DNA from: Chlamydiota bacterium
GTDB lineage: Bacteria; Chlamydiota; Chlamydiia; Chlamydiales; SM23-39
DNA length: 25,862 nucleotides
Assembly: GCA_037129625.1 (NCBI GenBank)
Contig: JBAXUO010000001.1
Location: 1 to 25,862 of the forward strand
Direction of reading: 5' to 3'
Of this stretch, positions 23,933 through 25,862 are shown in pieces. The number at the start of each line of letters is the position of its first letter. The first letter of the stretch is position 1. The position numbers and the translations under genes are program-made. The notes under the pieces were generated by a model. It saw only the letters and a list, made by a program, of their open reading frames with translations. It did not search any database and was not told where the DNA came from.

Positions 23933-25862
23933 ATGGTTTTTGTTAAGAATTTTTTGCCTCTGTTTTTAGGTGTTTGTGTGATATCTGCTCAAGAGGCTGC
24001 CGTATCGCCTCCAGCTACGGTACCTTTGCAAGTGACTCCAGCTACAGTCTCTCCTCAAGATACTTTGCCTCTGCAAACAACTCCCTCTGTTCCAGCTACA
24101 GTCTCTCTTCCGGCCACGTTGGCACCTCAGGCTATATTGCCACCTAGAACTGAAAAAGAAGAGTTGTTCTTACGAAGAATTGTCGATTTTTGGGAAAGCG
24201 GCGATAAGTCGCTTGTAGGAAGGGAAATTGAAAAATATTTTCGTGAAAATTCAGTGGTTAACGACTTTACGAACTATCTTCATGGCTTTTTGGGAGATGT
24301 CTATATTGAAGAAAAAAGATATGAAGAAGCTTTGTCAGAATACACCCATATCACAAATTCTGAAGTGAAAGAAAAAATCTTTGCTAATATCTTGCATGCC
24401 CTTCACGCTTTAAAAAAATATGATGTTTTAGAAAAAGAATGTATTGCTTATTTGCAAAACAAAGATCCTGCAAACAAAAAATTTGATTCGACCCGATTCT
24501 TTTTAGCTGAATCTTTTTATCAACAAGCTCTTATTTCTTTAAAGGAAGAAGACAAAAAAGAGCTTTTTGTAAAGGCTAGAAAAGGATTTTCAGATCTTAC
24601 TTCCTCAGATTTTGTAAAACCCTCTTTACAGACGCTTGCTTTGATTGCAAAAGAATTGCATGAGGAAAAAGGGGCTTCTGCGATTTTTGAAGAGTTAGCC
24701 AATAAATATCCGGAAGAGAAAGAAGAGTTTTTATTTCAAGCTGCCATAGCTCAAGGGGGGTTTGATAAGGAGTTGGCTATTCAAACCTTTAGTCAAATTT
24801 TTCATGAGGGCAAAAAAAAGGTTTGGGAATCCGGTTACAATCGACTTCTTCTTCTTTTTGAAACAGAGCATTATTCCGAGGTTATTTTAGCGAAAGATCA
24901 GGTTTTTAATATGATCCCTGAAGCTAAAGTCCCTTTTTTATTTTTTATTACAGGGAAAAGTTATTTTACTTTGGGAGATTTCCGTAGAGCTGCCACTGAA
25001 TTGAAAAAATATATTAACAAAGAAGAAAAAACATCTTCTGAAGTAGAACATGCACTCAGTCTTTTACTTTCCTGTGCAAATAATTTAGAAGATAAAGAGC
25101 TCTTTGATGAGACGTTGCATCATTTGACGGCCTTGTATCCCAATTCCACTGAAATGCCTACCGCTTTTTTTGCGAGAGCTTTGCTATCTAAGAAAAAAGA
25201 AAATTTCGCTGCTTCTTTACATGATTTTCAAGAGATAGAAGAGCGTTGGGCTACATTTCCTGATAGAGAAAATTTTGTTTTTGAATATGCTCATTTGCTT
25301 TATCAAACTAAAGATTGGGAAAATTCCCGACTTCGCTTCCATTCTTTTATCAAGGAATTTCCAACCCATGTCCAAATTTCTTTAGCTTGGAATTATTTAC
25401 TTCAAGCTTCTATCGAACTGAGCAAAAAAGAAAATCAAACCATGTATAAAAAGAATCTAATAGCTGATATTGAGTCTTTTATAGAAAAGGGTCCTTTGTC
25501 TACGGAGAATGAAAAACAAGAATATCGTTTTGTTTTGGCTAGAACAAAATTTGAAATAGAAGATCGTGCGGGAGCTTCTCTTTTGTTGCAACCTCTTCAC
25601 GAAATCGCTTCTTTTCCTCATGCGGCCGAAGTCTCTTTGTTACTGGCTCTTTGCTCTAGAGAAGAAAAGAAAGAGGAAAAAGTTTATTCTCAGTATTTAC
25701 AAGAAGCTTTAGCTTTAGATAAAGATCATCATCTTTCCCATGGGGCTATACATTTATCCCTTTTCAATTCTTATCTTACGCAAGCGGCTCTGCAAAGCAA
25801 CCTTATCGATCAAGCTGCCGAGCATTTATATCAGGCTCAAAAAGAAATTTCCACCATTCAAA
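23933..25862 (+). CDS. Large secreted TPR-like helical protein (partial, 3' end beyond the window; absent from the ORF track)
   Basis: Hand translation from ATG 23933 (MVFVKNFLPLFLGVCVISAQEAAVSPPATVPLQ...EELFLRRIVDFWESGD...) showed no stop through 25862 (643 codons). Signal peptide; TPR-like segments such as LHGFLGDVYIEEKRYEEALSEY and FITGKSYFTLGDFRRAATELKKY; TATAAT at 23892-23897. Confidence 0.85.
   Translation, partial: MVFVKNFLPLFLGVCVISAQEAAVSPPATVPLQVTPATVSPQDTLPLQTTPSVPATVSLPATLAPQAILPPRTEKEELFLRRIVDFWESGDKSLVGREIEKYFRENSVVNDFTNYLHGFLGDVYIEEKRYEEALSEYTHITNSEVKEKIFANILHALHALKKYDVLEKECIAYLQNKDPANKKFDSTRFFLAESFYQQALISLKEEDKKELFVKARKGFSDLTSSDFVKPSLQTLALIAKELHEEKGASAIFEELANKYPEEKEEFLFQAAIAQGGFDKELAIQTFSQIFHEGKKKVWESGYNRLLLLFETEHYSEVILAKDQVFNMIPEAKVPFLFFITGKSYFTLGDFRRAATELKKYINKEEKTSSEVEHALSLLLSCANNLEDKELFDETLHHLTALYPNSTEMPTAFFARALLSKKKENFAASLHDFQEIEERWATFPDRENFVFEYAHLLYQTKDWENSRLRFHSFIKEFPTHVQISLAWNYLLQASIELSKKENQTMYKKNLIADIESFIEKGPLSTENEKQEYRFVLARTKFEIEDRAGASLLLQPLHEIASFPHAAEVSLLLALCSREEKKEEKVYSQYLQEALALDKDHHLSHGAIHLSLFNSYLTQAALQSNLIDQAAEHLYQAQKEISTIQ
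24011..24118 (+). repeat. Degenerate 27-nt (9-aa) tandem repeat encoding a Pro/Ala/Thr-rich linker
   Basis: Units PATVPLQVT / PATVSPQDT / LPLQTTPSV / PATVSLPAT; an identical 17-mer TCCAGCTACAGTCTCTC at 24037 and 24091; CCAGCTAC also at 24011. Confidence 0.7.

Noticed and set aside
24520-24702. 60-aa minus-strand ORF as the only gene in the last 2 kb
   Set aside because: The + strand carries an uninterrupted TPR-like reading frame from 23933 to the window end.
1-25862. CRISPR array, tRNA/rRNA, IS or prophage elements
   Set aside because: No regularly spaced repeats, RNA-gene signatures, transposase or integrase motifs were seen, and intergenic gaps are short.

Overview
Gene-dense, AT-rich, chromosome-like bacterial window dominated by cell-envelope genes. 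No rRNA, tRNA, CRISPR array, transposase or prophage was seen. The gene content and order (long MreC; gspD-E-F followed by pseudopilins with non-Gly cleavage sites; tatD divergent from tolQ-tolR-tolA-tolB-pal-LysM) look like Chlamydiota. The presence of murI and mreC suggests an environmental, non-Chlamydiaceae lineage; this is inference, no database search was run. Order: 3' end of a probable outer-membrane protein; mreC-mutY-GT4 glycosyltransferase; membrane-anchored helical protein; small 4-TM protein (minus); a minimal type II secretion operon (unknown ORF, gspD, gspE, gspF, two pseudopilins); a secreted ~860-aa protein built of about 31-33 tandem MORN-variant repeats; tatD (minus); tol-pal operon extended by a coiled-coil/LysM lipoprotein and murI; orphan OmpR/PhoB regulator; glycine-zipper lipoprotein with its own promoter and terminator; membrane TPR protein; and a large secreted TPR-like ORF running off the end that the ORF track missed. 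Most of this is probably conserved lineage core rather than a new system. The best leads are the stripped-down T2SS with its MORN neighbour, a palindromic -35 apparently shared by two divergent promoters, and the LysM lipoprotein and MurI appended to tol-pal.
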